The notes under the pieces were generated by a model. That model was given only the letters and a program-made list of their open reading frames with translations, was not told the origin of the DNA and did no database searches. Made by a program: the position numbers and the translations under genes. Shown here in pieces: positions 11,341 to 24,795 of a stretch of DNA of 64,000 nucleotides. The stretch's first letter is position 1, and each line of letters starts with the position of its first letter. The stretch covers positions 186,001 to 250,000 of the forward strand of contig JAPETS010000041.1 of the NCBI GenBank assembly GCA_026023565.1, in the 5' to 3' direction. Source of the DNA: Cirrosporium novae-zelandiae. Its lineage: Eukaryota.

Positions 11341-13769
11341 ATGACATGGTTCCTGTTTGCCCTGTATTACCTCGTACTCTACATAGTTCTTAAATCTCAA
11401 GGTTCATCCAATATGCAGCCTTTAATTTCTTCTTACTTTTTTCTCTCTTCAATCACCACTTTGTTAGACACAATGCACAAAAATACCACTTGGAGTGCTA
11501 ATTGCCTCAATTTGCTTACCGGTCTGGTAAACCAGACTGGCATATTTGTTGATCAGAATGGATATCTAATGCCCAGTTATAATTCAAGTGCAACTTGGGG
11601 CATTTCTGCAGGTGTGTTTTTGCATTAGTACTTCATATGGAGTGCAAGTCTTAAGGAATAATATTCTATTCCCTAACTATTTACTATAGATGCATGTTTT
11701 GAATACTGCGGGTCTGACAAAGTCCAACATGTGAGTTAATCCAGCCGAGGTGCTCCATTATAATTAAGAAAGCAGCTTACTTTATCCTAGACGTTCAAAT
11801 TTTCCGATTTTGCTTCCTCCTTTACGAATTGGCTGCTGCCCTGGCTGGCTCTTATCGCACAGTTGCCATATGAGACCTCCTCATGGACCTCTAATCTCAT
11901 GAGCGCATTTCTAGAAATAGGCAGCCCTACATTGATAACCTATTCCCTATCTTTTACGATTTTCAACCAAGCTTGGATTCGCAAAAGATTTAGATATCTT
12001 CTTGAGAAATCGAAACACCCTGAGGTGAAAGCTAAACACCCTCATTTAGACGACAGGATTCACACAGCCCAGAGCATGCTCCAAGAAGCGCAACAAGTTC
12101 CAATACGGCTTTCACAGCGAGATGGCTGGCTTTCGAGTTTGATCATCACACCTGAAAATCAAAAATGGTGCGAAGACTCCTTAATACAACCTTATATGTT
12201 CATAAGCTTATAGTCAAGAAGGTGAGCTAGAGTCCAGAAACACCCGAACAATACCCGACGAGGGGTGACATACTCTCTTGTCGCTCAGATAGCTGTGGCA
12301 GTTGTTGCTTGGCTCTTCACGATTATTTCTTCATTCGTAGGTAATTTAGGCAGCATCAACACTGCGTTACAAATATATGCGAATAACCTGTGGATATGGA
12401 TGATACCTGTAATATGTGGGTGGATTATTGTTGGTGCGTTTAACTTATCATTTTCATAGAGCTCGACTAAAGTTAAGTCGTCCACAGGAACACAGAGAAG
12501 TAGTGGCACTATCCACGAAGCACTACATGACTACAATAGTAACGCCCAACGAGCACGCTTGAAGGAAGATGAGACCAACAATATATTGGAAAGTGACCAG
12601 CATATGGCCTTCAGGGTTCGATCTGGGTTGAACCTTCAAACTAACCAAAACAATACGCCTCCTGGAGATGTGGAAATGGCAAGTTTATTAGCTAGTCCTG
12701 CAATATGCAGCTTAACCGGGAACGAAGAAAGGCTTGAGATTCCCAAGTGGATGGGATTTAGTGTTGCTGGAGACGAATCATCCGAAAGGCAAGTTTGAAC
12801 GGATATTTATCATTCATTTGATGTCTTCATGCTGACTATCGTAGGCCCATTTTCAACTATTCTCGCCTGTTTTCTAATTGGCAATTTGCTAGTGATCTTG
12901 AAGGTGCCTTCAATTCAACCTTGAGCACTCTCACTCTCAAACCAAGGCATATCCTAAACTGCAAAGGTGAGCCTTGGAATGTCGATCGACCCTATGATGA
13001 CAACCTGAGAGGTACGCAGGTTCAAATCGCGAAATTCTGCGGCATTCATAAAAAAATCCTTCCTGGCCTGCCCTTCCTGGAAGCAGATACCAGCCGATGT
13101 TTGGCACAGACTTGTAGCCTCAGCTTTAATTGCCATTTGGGTACAATGGGGGTAAGATATCCTATTTAAATGTGTTAGTGTGATATTGAGGCTGATATAA
13201 AGCGAAAAGGACGACCGGGGCTGCCATTGTGATGGCGTATCTCACACCAGTTCAGGGATTTGGTTGTCGGAGTGGTGGATACCTTATATATGGAGTTTTA
13301 GCTACCATTTCTTGGGTATTACTCCTAGTTTCCATGATGTCATCTCATGCTGTGATGCTTCTCTACCAACAAATGGTTGAAAAAAACCCTAATATCGATC
13401 TCCGTCGGTATAACCAATCATATAGCCATACCTTTCTTTGTGCATTTGCTGTCTGTACCCGCCTTCTCGGCAGAGCAACCGCTATAGTCAATGCAACCTG
13501 GCTAGTATTCTCGAGCATATTTGAATATATTGGCTTCTACGAAAATTGCTGGTGCCTAGGTAATTATGTCTCGGTTGGGTGGTCATATATAAGACTGCAA
13601 ACCAGCTAGCTGATAGTGCGCAGGGTGTGTGGGTAGGAGGAATAATCTTCTCTGTTGTGGTAAGATGGCTATCCTTTAGTCGCTTGGACGAGATACCTTA
13701 AGGTACGTTATACTAACGTTTGTTCAGGTATGCTTCTTGGCATTTTTAATATTTGACCTTCCTTGTTAG
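11341..13769 (+). pseudogene. Disrupted multi-pass membrane protein of an uncharacterised fungal family (7 introns; start uncertain)
   Basis: Spliced product contains WLLPWLALIAQLPY, IGSPTLITYSL, PIFNYSR and VQWGTTGAAIVMAYLTPVQGFGCRS. Lesions: TGA at 12223-12225, +1 shift near 13050, shift near 13572. Confidence 0.75.
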
Positions 13770-14694
13770 GCAGATGACGTCTCAGATAAACAGAAGGATG
13801 TGGTAAGGTGATATATCACAACCAAGTTATATTTTACCCATCGATATTAGAACTTTTAGAAAAGACCCACTTCTGAGGTCTGTGCATACTAGCTGTAATT
13901 ATGTACAGTACATGTACCTACCTAGGTAGGTAGTTAAATTCCGTTAGCTAATTCAATGAAATACTGCTAGCGAAGTCATAGCCTAGGGAAGAGTAGCGAC
14001 GAAACTGGAAATTATCAGTTACTGAGTAAAATGTAGACAGGTAGGACCCATGTCAAAATGTAGGTCTTTTCTGAAAATTCTAGTAGGATATCATAACATG
14101 TGTAAGTAGGGTGTACGCAAAATCATGCCTACTACTAACCCTTACATAGAGGCAAGCACTAAAATCTGTTCAAGATATGTTTTTGTATAACTTGCAGTAC
14201 ACTTGAGCATTTCGCTATTATCTTTCTATAGCAAAATATTACATTGTTGCTTTCCTAAGTTTATATAGTTGCATCAGGCACTCCAGGCTCAAATTTGACT
14301 TTCGGCTAAGAGCTTGTAGCCCACATCAGGTCCGCCACCAAACCCCCAGAGATGCTTAGAGGTCTAAAGACTTCAAGATTAATGTATTATAGTATACCCA
14401 GGCCTTCTTAAGGTCATACCCTAGCTCATTTATATTTTGTTATATGAGGATTTCTTTAAATGGGTATAAGATTTTGAATTGAAGATTGATGCTAATAATC
14501 GAACAAACCCACTTCTTACTGCGAACCACGACGTTCAAGAAGCCAACATAAGGCCGTTGATTGAGACACTATCTAACATATTTTTCTACCTATCGAGAAA
14601 TTTGCTTGGGATTTGAGATTGATATTCATATACTATATTTCTTGCTACAGCCTTACTATTTATATATCGGACATTCCTTGCTTCTCCGTTTGAA

Positions 14695-16282
14695 ATGGAT
14701 GCACTAAATGCCGAATATGGACGATATATTGATTATGCGAATTACACCCCTGGAAAAGGAAATATTGAGTATTTAGATATTCAAACCTTTTCCGGTGATA
14801 TAGATCCTATCATCGGTCAAGGCCTATTGGACGATGATATGCAATTGGAGACATGGCTTCATACGAAACCGGATGAAGCCAGTAAGCCAGAATTCTTGAG
14901 TCATCTCAAGCTCCTGTAAGTTCATTTTGCTTCCTTTCATAAGTCTCTCTAACAGAATACCGAGAGCTATTCCGTATCTGCATGGAAACCCTCCAGAATT
15001 AAGCATAAATAAGGAGAGTTTTAGGAGAGCATTGAAATTATTCAAGCTACCTCCGTCCTTGTCATATGTGCTCTATGTCGGACGATGCAATTTTGCGAAG
15101 TTTGTCAATCACGATGAGGCGAACGGCGATATGATATCAAGTATCTGACACTCCCTTCTCAAATATCCGGTCTGTTGCTGAATAGGAATTAGGCTTCTAT
15201 CTGGCTCTGACATACATCTTCGGAACCTTAGAATGGTCGCATAATCCACGAACTTCGACGACTATGGCAATCTTCTTCTATAAACGCCAAGGTCAGATTC
15301 CCTTGGGATTCACACACCATCTGCTAGACTCCCTAGATCTTATTCACCATCCGCTACATATAGTGCTTGCGGCAGCTATCCAAACAAGTGCTTGGATTGA
15401 TCGTGAACGTCTGTACCTTAGCCAACGACTAGCTAGGACGGAAAATCGGACTGGTTCTCGTCGCGAGTATAATCCAATACCACTTCCACAACTGAGCAGG
15501 CAAATAGACCTTGGTACACTATCAGCTAGTTTGACGGACTACTCTGCCCGTTTAGCTCTTTGTGAGACATGTATTCAATTCCTAAAGTTAACAACCCAGT
15601 TCATGTTATCTACATCTGTTTCCGACCAAGCTGATCTTCCGGAAATGCGCAAAACCCGATTCCATACAGGTTCGGAGAGGATCACCGAATGCTGCAAATT
15701 CCTGGAGAATGTGACCGAAACTCAGATGCTGCATGTGACATATCTACAAGAACGAGCAAAAATCCAGCTTTCTGCAGTACGTTCCTTATGTTAATTTATA
15801 TATCTTTCGCTCCCTAACAGTGCACAAAGCTTTTCCATCTCATCGCGCAAAGAGATCAAAATCAAAGCATCCAATTAGCACGAGATTCACGAACCTTAGC
15901 CGAGGCAACCAAGAGAGACAGTCAGGCTATGAAAACAATCGCAATAGTTACTATGGTATTTCTCCCCGGAACCTTCATGGCATCGCTGTTTGCCATGCCC
16001 TTTTTCAATTGGGATGCTAGACCAGGAAAGGCGGTTCTTGGGGATCGATTCTGGATATATTGGGCTGTTACTGTGCCGTTGACACTTGTGACTATATTGT
16101 CATGGGTAGTATGGAGCATATGGAAAGAGAGAATGGAGGCGAAAAAGGACAAGAAGGCCGAAGAGGAAGAGGAAGAGGAAGCCACCCAGCCTCCTCAGGA
16201 ACAAAATATACCAAACAGCAATGCCGTGAGTAATATATCCTGGATTAAGCGCAGGCTTTCTCCTGGGCATTACTCTTGGTGA
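14695..16282 (+). CDS. Protein with a CorA-like C-terminal two-helix transmembrane module (function unknown)
   Basis: Introns 14916-14955, 15141-15192 and 15777-15829 keep frame; KRDSQAMKTIAIVTMVFLPGTF...FWIYWAVTVPLT. Confidence 0.8.
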
Positions 16283-16458
16283 GACAATATATTAAAACGA
16301 TGGTCGAAAAAGAAATAAGCGACATATGGCCTACCCGTGATTATCTTAGAGACTAAAGTTATCTAATCCTGCATGATACATCGGATTTCGTCCCGCTGGT
16401 TCACTGCAATCAGTTATCCCAAGTCCAAAGAACCTGCTTAGTAATAGCGCTAAGAGAT

Positions 16459-17731
16459 TCACGCCTTTATCTCGTCTCCTCCAATTACCCCTTCCTCGTC
16501 AGCGCTTGCTTCCCAAAACTCCAACCACTCGCCTGTGATTGATGGTCGCCATATCCTTAACCCGCCATCGTCACCTGCAGTTGCCAATGCACCTCCTGTT
16601 GGTGAAAAGCAGACTTTCCTGACTTGGGGATGCCGCAAAGTTGCAGTTTCGAGTATTTGGTATCGTGGTCGTGAATCACCACCAGCACGTAGAGGACTCC
16701 GAGTTCGAGAAGTGACAGCAAGGCCTGCGCCAATACCTGAAGGAGTGGGTGTTGGTTTTGATGTTTGTGTTGCTCCATTAGATTTGCTAGGTGCTTTTTG
16801 GTATTCGCCGCTCTTTCTTTCAGTTGTCGAAGATGCGTCTTCATTTGCTTGTATCTCTCGCAAGCGTACGATGCCTTCTTGACTCGCACATGCGATTATA
16901 TCTCGTCCACTAGCGGCACCCCCAGCCCATGCAATATCGCGAACGAGGCTACCTCGTCCAGGAAGGTCTAACTGTACAATCAACGAGAACTGCCTCGCTC
17001 CAACGGGCATTACATAGATCTTGACAGCATCCATAGCACCAACAGCAAGTGCCACACCTCCACCACCAGTAGTTTGTGCTCTGGAGGACGAGCCCGATAC
17101 CACATTAGAGGGACGCACTAAGCTTGATGGTCCGTACTTTACATCTTGGTGAAAGCGTACAAGAAAGCCCGTTTCTTCACCACGAGGTGGCGAGTTACAT
17201 ACTCTAAACTCATCGATAGGCTGCCAAGCGGAAGGATCGTCAGGAACTACAGGTTCTAGGACTGAGAGAAACCCTGATTTGTTTATCACTGCAAGATATG
17301 TGGTCAAATCATGTGGAGTCGTAAGTAAGTCGAGGGAAGCGTAGGGAGTTTTGTGAGGAGCTGTTTGTGAGAACACAGGGCGGAAACGTCGGCCTGATAG
17401 CGGCGGCATCGTAGGGTCTTCAAGCCATATTCTAAGATTTGTATCTTCAGAAATGGAGGCCAGTAGTGGTGTTGTGAGGGGAGAATTCCATTTAACCTAG
17501 ATGATTTAGGTTGAGCGAATGGGTAGGAGCTACAAGGGGCCTTACGTCTATAATTTCTGCATCATGGGCTGTCCAACTGTCAACCAGCTGGTCAGTTCCA
17601 TCTTTTTTGCGGTCGAAAACTTTGAGACGATGGTCAGATGAAGCGGTCACAAGGCGTCTGCCGTCGTAACTCTTATGGCAAGCCTGAACCAAATCTGCGT
17701 GCCCATGGTCGAAGGGACGAATTGTATCCAT
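16459..17731 (-). CDS. SEH1: WD40 nucleoporin / SEA-GATOR2 subunit Seh1, 407 aa
   Basis: Intron 17497-17545; GHADLV..YDGRRLVTASSDHRLKVF, WTAHDAEIIDVKW, LRIWLED, LATAGDDGGLRIW. Confidence 0.82.
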
Positions 17732-18535
17732 ACCAAAGGTGTTTGGTGGTTGGGTGAAGCGTAAATGAATCGTGGTAGAGTTTGTAGATAAAAAAAAACG
17801 GAAAATTTAACAGTCGCCAGCGTTGAGTAAATACATATAACGAGATAAATCGAAAAGTTAATGATATATGCTAGTTCATTGGTTCCTTCTGGATCCAGAA
17901 CTTTAGGCGGATCCGATTCAGATACGATAGATCAGACGGTTCCACCACTCATCAACCTCGGATGTAGAACCGCGGGAAGAGCAACCAGCAGAAAGAACAA
18001 GTAAAAATACAGAATTCGCAAGACAATTGATATCTTTTCAGCCTAACGACCCTTGAAGATGATAGGACAGGGTTTGGATGCCGGCATGGAAGGGCAATAC
18101 TTAAGACTGAAAGAAGACTCAATATTTATTGAATGAGTGTGTCTTTCAGGAGATGGTTAGTATTAGGCAATATGTGACGTTGTCATGGATTTATATTGGT
18201 GCAGGCAAAGCTCGTTGTTATTTATTTGGAGGATTTGGTCTCCTTCCGAAGTAATTGGTTGGTGAATCTAGCGTAGGAATAAAGGTTTATATTAATTTCA
18301 CGGTGTCATGGGTGTCAAGAAATCTCCCAGATTATGGAGACACCCAAGCTCGCGTTCAAGTTTACGCGTGGCTATTGGACCAACGACTAAAATTCTTAAG
18401 GACACTGTGGACACAGGCGATCTTAGGTGCATAGCCACGCCCTCCAAGTAATCTAGTCGAAGTTCTTAAACCTCTTGAATATGCATTTAGAGAAATCAAA
18501 TTTTTACCCGTTATGATTATTTCCCTCTTCACGCC

Positions 18536-20049
18536 ATGACGGGCGCCCTCACTCGAAAAGAGACTGTTGGTCTCTTGTCGCTCTCCGCAGCTTGTGTTGG
18601 TGTAATAGCTAACAGCTTTAATGGCGACGATGGAGAGCCGCTCTTCGCGTCACTGGCCTTTAGTGGTATTGGTTTCTCTCTAGCATTTGCTATGATACGG
18701 TGGCTTGGAGATGTTTTCATGCGTATAGGTCTCAAAGGAGTGGACATGTCTAAAACTAAGAAGGTTGAGATGTATGTATTGCTATCCTTTATATATTATA
18801 TCAGGCTACTAACTATTATACTAGACCTGAGTCGATGGGGGCGATATGCGCAATAGTTTACATTGGGATGCTCTTTATTTTCATGCCTTTCCCTTTCTAC
18901 AAAGATATCGTTGCTGCAACATCGGGGGGAGGGAACCGAGATGTAGTCATTGAACTGAAGCAGGTTCAGACAGGGCGAATACTCCATAAATTCCCTCATG
19001 ATAAGGTACCGAGATAGTCCCCTTCCTGAGTGATGTTTGGCATACAAAATTAATTCGACTACAAGCTTGCTTCCTACCTTTCTGCCATCCTTTCCCTCGT
19101 ATGGATTACCATCCTTGGCATAGGAGATGACCTATTCGATATTCGATGGCGACATAAACTCTTAATACCTGCAGTCGGCGCAATTCCAATGATCATGGTG
19201 TATTTGGTTGACTTTGGGGTTACGCAAGTTGTGGTTCCAGTCCCCCTCCAACCATATCTAGGTGAACTAGTCGATCTAGGCTCATTGTACTACGCCTACA
19301 TGTTCGCCATCTCTATATTTTGCCCCAACAGCATCAATATTCTGGCAGGGATTAATGGAATTGAAGTAGCGCAATCAATAGTGATTGCCGTTCTTCTAAT
19401 CATCAATGATTCGCTGTATCTTGCACCACTCACACCATATCCACATCCGGCAACGGATTCCCATCTTTTCTCCATATACTTACTTTTACCATTCATTGGT
19501 GTATCTTTTGCTTTGCTGTACCACAATTGGTATCCAGCTAAAGTCTTCGTCGGAGATACCTACTGCTATTTTGCGGGGATGGTATTTGCAGTCGTTGGGA
19601 TCTTGGGCCATTTTAGCAAGACACTTCTCCTACTCTTCATTCCACAAATTTTCAACTTTCTCTATTCTGCGCCACAACTATTTCGATTAGTCCCGTGCCC
19701 GAGGCATCGATTACCACGATTTAATGCTCGAACTGGTCTCTTAGAACCCTCCACAACACAATGGCAGCATCCTCCATCAAACCCCATCGTCTTAGCTCTA
19801 GAATTACTCCACAAACTACACCTCCTACGGATAGAAAAGAATGGAAAAGGAGAGATCATTGAATCGTCAAATTTTACGATTCTGAACCTTTGGTTGGTTT
19901 GGTTTGGTCCCATGCGAGAAAACAATCTAGCCAAGAGTATACTAGCCATGCAATTCTGCTGTGGTTTACTTGGATTATTTATTAGGCACACTATGGCGCT
20001 CTTGATATTTCGTGAGGATAACATTGGGTTCGGTACGGTTCTGGGTTGA
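18536..20049 (+). CDS. ALG7: UDP-GlcNAc:dolichyl-phosphate GlcNAc-1-phosphate transferase
   Basis: Introns 18772-18824 and 19006-19065; PESMG, DDLFDIRWRHK, NSINILAGING, VFVGDTYCYFAG, PCPRHRLP. Confidence 0.97.
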
Positions 20050-20322
20050 AAAGCATTTGTATACTAGCATTCTGAATATTGTAAATGGAACCTTTCATAC
20101 GTCCATATTCTACATTTAAGTGTACTCATAGTACACAGCAACCCTGTTTGAATCCGGATTTTATTGGACGTCAACCCCGCCTTCACATCTAATGATATCT
20201 CGGCGACAAGGAGGGGTTATCTGGATATCTGTGCACGAAACGTCATCCTATGCTTGATAATTCTCCTCCGGCCAATCGGAAGGTGGCCGGTACCAATTAC
20301 TCAGAATCTTTCCTAAACTCCC

Positions 20323-20345
20323 CCGATATCGGCCTCCGCAGTCGG
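20323..20345. promoter_or_regulatory. Two tandem Leu3/LeuB-type sites (CCG-N4-CGG)
   Basis: CCGATATCGG at 20323-20332 and CCGCAGTCGG at 20336-20345, about 180 nt upstream of LEU1. Confidence 0.7.
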
Positions 20346-20519
20346 TAGCCCTCTATCAAAGAGTTTCTTTACATTTGATTAGAATTATTCACATGAGATA
20401 CTCTATATATATATATATATATCAACTCTTGGGCCACCATCTTTTACTCCATAATCTTATTGCATTATTTCCCCTTGCATACTAATATCATCAACATTCT
20501 CTATTATCTACAGCCCAAT

Positions 20520-23019
20520 ATGCCCTCCGCTGTCCCGAAACCCCGCACTTTGTACGATAAGGTCTTCGAAGACCATGTCGTTGACGAGAAGGACGATGGC
20601 ACAATTCTCCTCTACATCGGTATGGTTCTACTACCAGCTTAGGAAGCCTTAAAATTGAACCTGACTCCTTTTATTGTTACAACAGACCGACATCTGGTCC
20701 ATGAAGTTACCTCACCTGTATGGAAATCCCATTATCGCCACCATTAAAAAAACTCAAATCTAATAAGACTGCAGCAAGCATTTGAAGGTCTGAAGAATGC
20801 GGGGAGGAAAGTCCGCAGACCGGACTGTACATTGGTAACCACTGATCACGTAGGTGATTCTCAATGCAACCCTTGACATCCTTGAGTTAATGAATGCCCT
20901 GCAGAACGTACCTACTTCTTCACGAAAAAACCTTAAGGATATTGGTTCCTTCATCCAAGAAGCCGATTCACGAATACAATGTGTTACCCTCGAGGAGAAT
21001 GTCAAGGATTTTGGTCTCACATATTTTGGTCTTTCGGACGACCGCCAGGGTATCGTCCACATCATTGGACCTGAGCAAGGTTTTACTCTCCCGGGAACAA
21101 CTGTAGTCTGCGGTGACAGTCACACTTCAACGCACGGAGCGTTCGGGGCTTTAGCACATGGTATTGGAACTAGTGAAGTTGAGCATGTCTTGGCCACACA
21201 GACTCTGATTACCAACAGGAGCAAGAATATGAAGATTGAAGTTGATGGACAACTGCCACCTGGTGTCAGTAGCAAAGATGTCATCTTATATGTGATTGGG
21301 GTCATTGGCACAGCTGGCGGAACGGGTTGTGTTATTGAATACTGTGGCTCTGTTATTCGAAGCTTGAGCATGGAAGCAAGGATGTCAATCTGCAATATGT
21401 CAATCGAAGCTGGAGCTAGAGCAGGCATGATTGCACCAGACGACAACACCTTCGAATACTTGAAAGGCCGACCTCTAGCACCGAAGTATAACAGCGCCGA
21501 ATGGAAGAAGGCTGTCAAGTACTGGTCAAGCCTAAAATCTGACGAGGGAGCTAAATTCGACATAGAGGTCTTCATCAACGCAAAAGACATTATACCTACG
21601 ATATCTTGGGGAACTTCTCCTCAAGATGTTGTTCCGATTACAGGTGTCGTTCCAGGTCCAGATGACTTCTCTGACCAGGCAAAGAAGCTCAGCTGTGAGC
21701 GAGCTCTAGAGTACATGGGATTGACAGCCGGCACAAACATGCAAGATATTGATGTGGATAAGGTTTTCATCGGTTCCTGCACAAATGGTCGAATTGAAGA
21801 TTTGCGTGAGGCTGCTTCAGTAGTAAGGGGCAAAAGAATTGCTTCCAACATCAAACGTGCCATGGTCGTTCCTGGCTCAGGCCTTGTCAAGAAACAAGCC
21901 GAGGCTGAGGGTCTTGACCAAATTTTCGTCGATGCTGGATTCGAATGGAGAGAAGCTGGTTGCTCCATGTGCCTAGGGATGAACCCTGATATTCTCTCTC
22001 CTCAAGAGCGCTGCGCTAGCACTTCGAACAGAAACTTTGAAGGACGTCAAGGCGCTGGAGGTAGGACACATCTCATGTCGCCTGCCATGGCAGCTGCAGC
22101 TGCCATCGTTGGTAAACTGGCTGATGTCCGCAAAATTGCTCCTCAAACTGTAGCTTCAAAAGCGTCACCCAAACTTGACGTTGATGCTTTAGTTGCAGAT
22201 ATAGAAGATGATGAAGACTTCGACCGGATCTTGGATGCCCCTCAAGATGCTCATCACCGTGAAGCTACCGCCGCTCCGCCCACCCACGCAGCGGCAGGCC
22301 TGCCCAAATTCACAACCCTAAAAGGCATCGCTGCACCTCTCGACCGCTCAAACGTCGACACCGATGCTATCATTCCTAAACAGTTCCTTAAAACCATTAA
22401 GCGCACCGGCCTCGGTAGCGCCTTATTCCACCCTCTCCGCTACGACCCCGCCACAGGCTCAGAAAACTCCGATTTCATCCTCAACCAAGACCCCTACCGA
22501 GCCTCCAAAATCCTCGTCTGCACGGGTGAAAACTTCGGCTGCGGCAGCTCCCGTGAACACGCGCCCTGGGCCCTCCTGGACTTCGGCATCAAATGCGTGA
22601 TCGCCCCTAGCTTCGCCGACATTTTCTTCAACAACACTTTCAAAAACGGCATGCTTCCTCTAATCATGCCAGATAGGGAAGCCCTCACTAAAATCGCTGA
22701 CGAGGCTAAAGCCGGCCGCGAAATCGAAGTCGATCTCGTAAGTCAGTGCATCAAGACTGCCGCAGGCGAGAAGCTAGCGGATTTCGACGTCGACGGTTTC
22801 AGGAGACATTGTCTGGTCAACGGGCTCGACGATATCGGGTTGACGATGCAGCTGGATGACAAGATCACCAAGTTTGAGGGCTGGCGCACGAGGGAGATGC
22901 CCTGGTTGGATGGAACTGGGTATCTGAAGTGCGATCGATCTGGTCCGGTTAAGGTGGCTACTACTGCGGTGCCGAAAACGAATAGAGGGGAAATCAAGAA
23001 CGAGCCGCTTGAATGGTAA
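20520..23019 (+). CDS. LEU1: 3-isopropylmalate dehydratase (fused large and small subunits)
   Basis: Introns 20620-20685, 20718-20774, 20850-20904; [40 protein letters not shown]. Confidence 0.98.
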
Positions 23020-23602
23020 AAGGTTGCTGTCAAGAATAATGTCAACAAGAATTTGAAAATAATGAACAAGTTGTTTGGCGAGACTACGGAATGGGTATAG
23101 GTATGGAATACGCTAAAAAAAGTACACAATCACCATCACCATCATCACAGTTTACGGATTATTGTTATTTGTTATATACAAGGGACGCAATTCACTTTGC
23201 AGGTTTTCTTTTCTCTTTCCTTTTTTTCTATTACCACAAACAAGCTGGAGTAGATATGGCGATTAGTGACAGGTGATGGCGATGATGATGATAAGATAAT
23301 TAGGATGATAAAGGATAACCACGGTAGGGATTCTTCGCTCGAAGATGGGGATAGCTAGCCATTAATGACCAAAAAAAAAAAAAATTTTGTTTTGAAAGTA
23401 AACGGAACAGAAAAACTGAAATAAAACAAAACATGCCAATAAAGAAGGACATTCTATCTAATTTATCTATACTATACATCTAATATTACATTACATCCAA
23501 ATCCATCCCCCTCACCCAATCTTTAATCACCATTTTCTCCCTTTCAGTACATCCATATCCATGTACAAGTATATTTAATTTATAACCCACCCACATGTTC
23601 TT

Positions 23603-23634
<32 letters not shown>

Positions 23635-23645
23635 ATAGTAATAAT
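23603..23645. repeat. (TAG)n/(TAA)n microsatellite
   Basis: Direct reading. Confidence 0.9.
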
Positions 23646-24795
23646 TAATACAAATATTCAATAAACAATCCGCTCCGACACACCAAACAAAAAACCTACA
23701 ACGTTACATTCCACCCCATGGCAGTCCTCGGGGGGGAGGGGGGCGCCTGGATCCCTCCCTGCCCCCCGCAAGCCCAAAGCCCTCAGGTGACAGTCATGCC
23801 TAAAAAAAAACTCCCCAAACCCAACGGAACCCTTCCGAACGCGTCAGAAAATCGGAGCACCAAAAAAAAACGCGCTCAAATTTGTTTCAGTTAATTGGCA
23901 AACGTTGAAAAGTACGGTCGGTTATCATATGAGTTAGTTTAATTGATTGGGGGGTTTTTTTTGAATTTTTTTTGATATGGATATATATATGTATAGAGTA
24001 TGTTCGATAGGAACTTCTAGTTAGCTACCTTGGTTAGGTTGAATAGTCGATATTTGTTTCTTCCTGCTTTTCTTCGTCTCGTCTTCGTCTCTTCTCTTTC
24101 CTCGTATCTCCTGTTGTTTTTTGCTTTTCTTTTCTTTTCTGCTTTTCTTTCTCCTTCTACTACTACATCCTCTTTCTCGCCTAATTTAAAAAGGGAAATA
24201 AAATGAAAGAAAAAACCAAAAAAACTTTGAATTTCAAGAATCGAAATCACAACCACCCGCCGTTATTGCCTGCCCATTGTCGGCTACACCAACCACATCA
24301 CCTAAAAGCAAAGCAAAGCAAGCAGGCAAAGCAATTTTTTCTTCCTTTCTTTCTTTCGTGATGGATGATGACGATGGGAAAGGCTAAAAGATATTTTCTC
24401 CCAAAAAAAAAAAGGAGTTATCGACAGAAACAGCTCACTCCTGAAAGCTATTCCATTCCTATAGGTGTAGTAGACACCCATACGCCATCCATCATCTGTC
24501 GTGTCATTGCGACATGAATGTTTCCTCTTCCGGTCCGGTTCAATTATAACGCCGTTCCCCGAATATCCATACTGAACTTCGGTTCTCATGCAAGTAATCC
24601 TGCTTCGTTTCTTCCTTCAAGTTGATGCTGTTATTGATATTGGTATTATTGTTGACTAGGTTGGAAAAAAGTAATGTTCATAGAACTGAGTCTCAACCGA
24701 GGCGGCTAATGAACCATTTTAACTTGTTCATTCCTATCTCTGTCCTGTCGTCTCGGCAGTGGTTCGAAGTCGGACCACATTCTCGTTCTCAGGCC

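Noticed and set aside
12223..12225. A-to-I editing rescue of the premature TGA
   Set aside because: Two further frameshifts would still break the gene
18364..18369. MCB element ACGCGT upstream of ALG7
   Set aside because: A single hexamer is expected by chance
24760..24779. tRNA-like GGTTCGA hairpin
   Set aside because: No cloverleaf or A box
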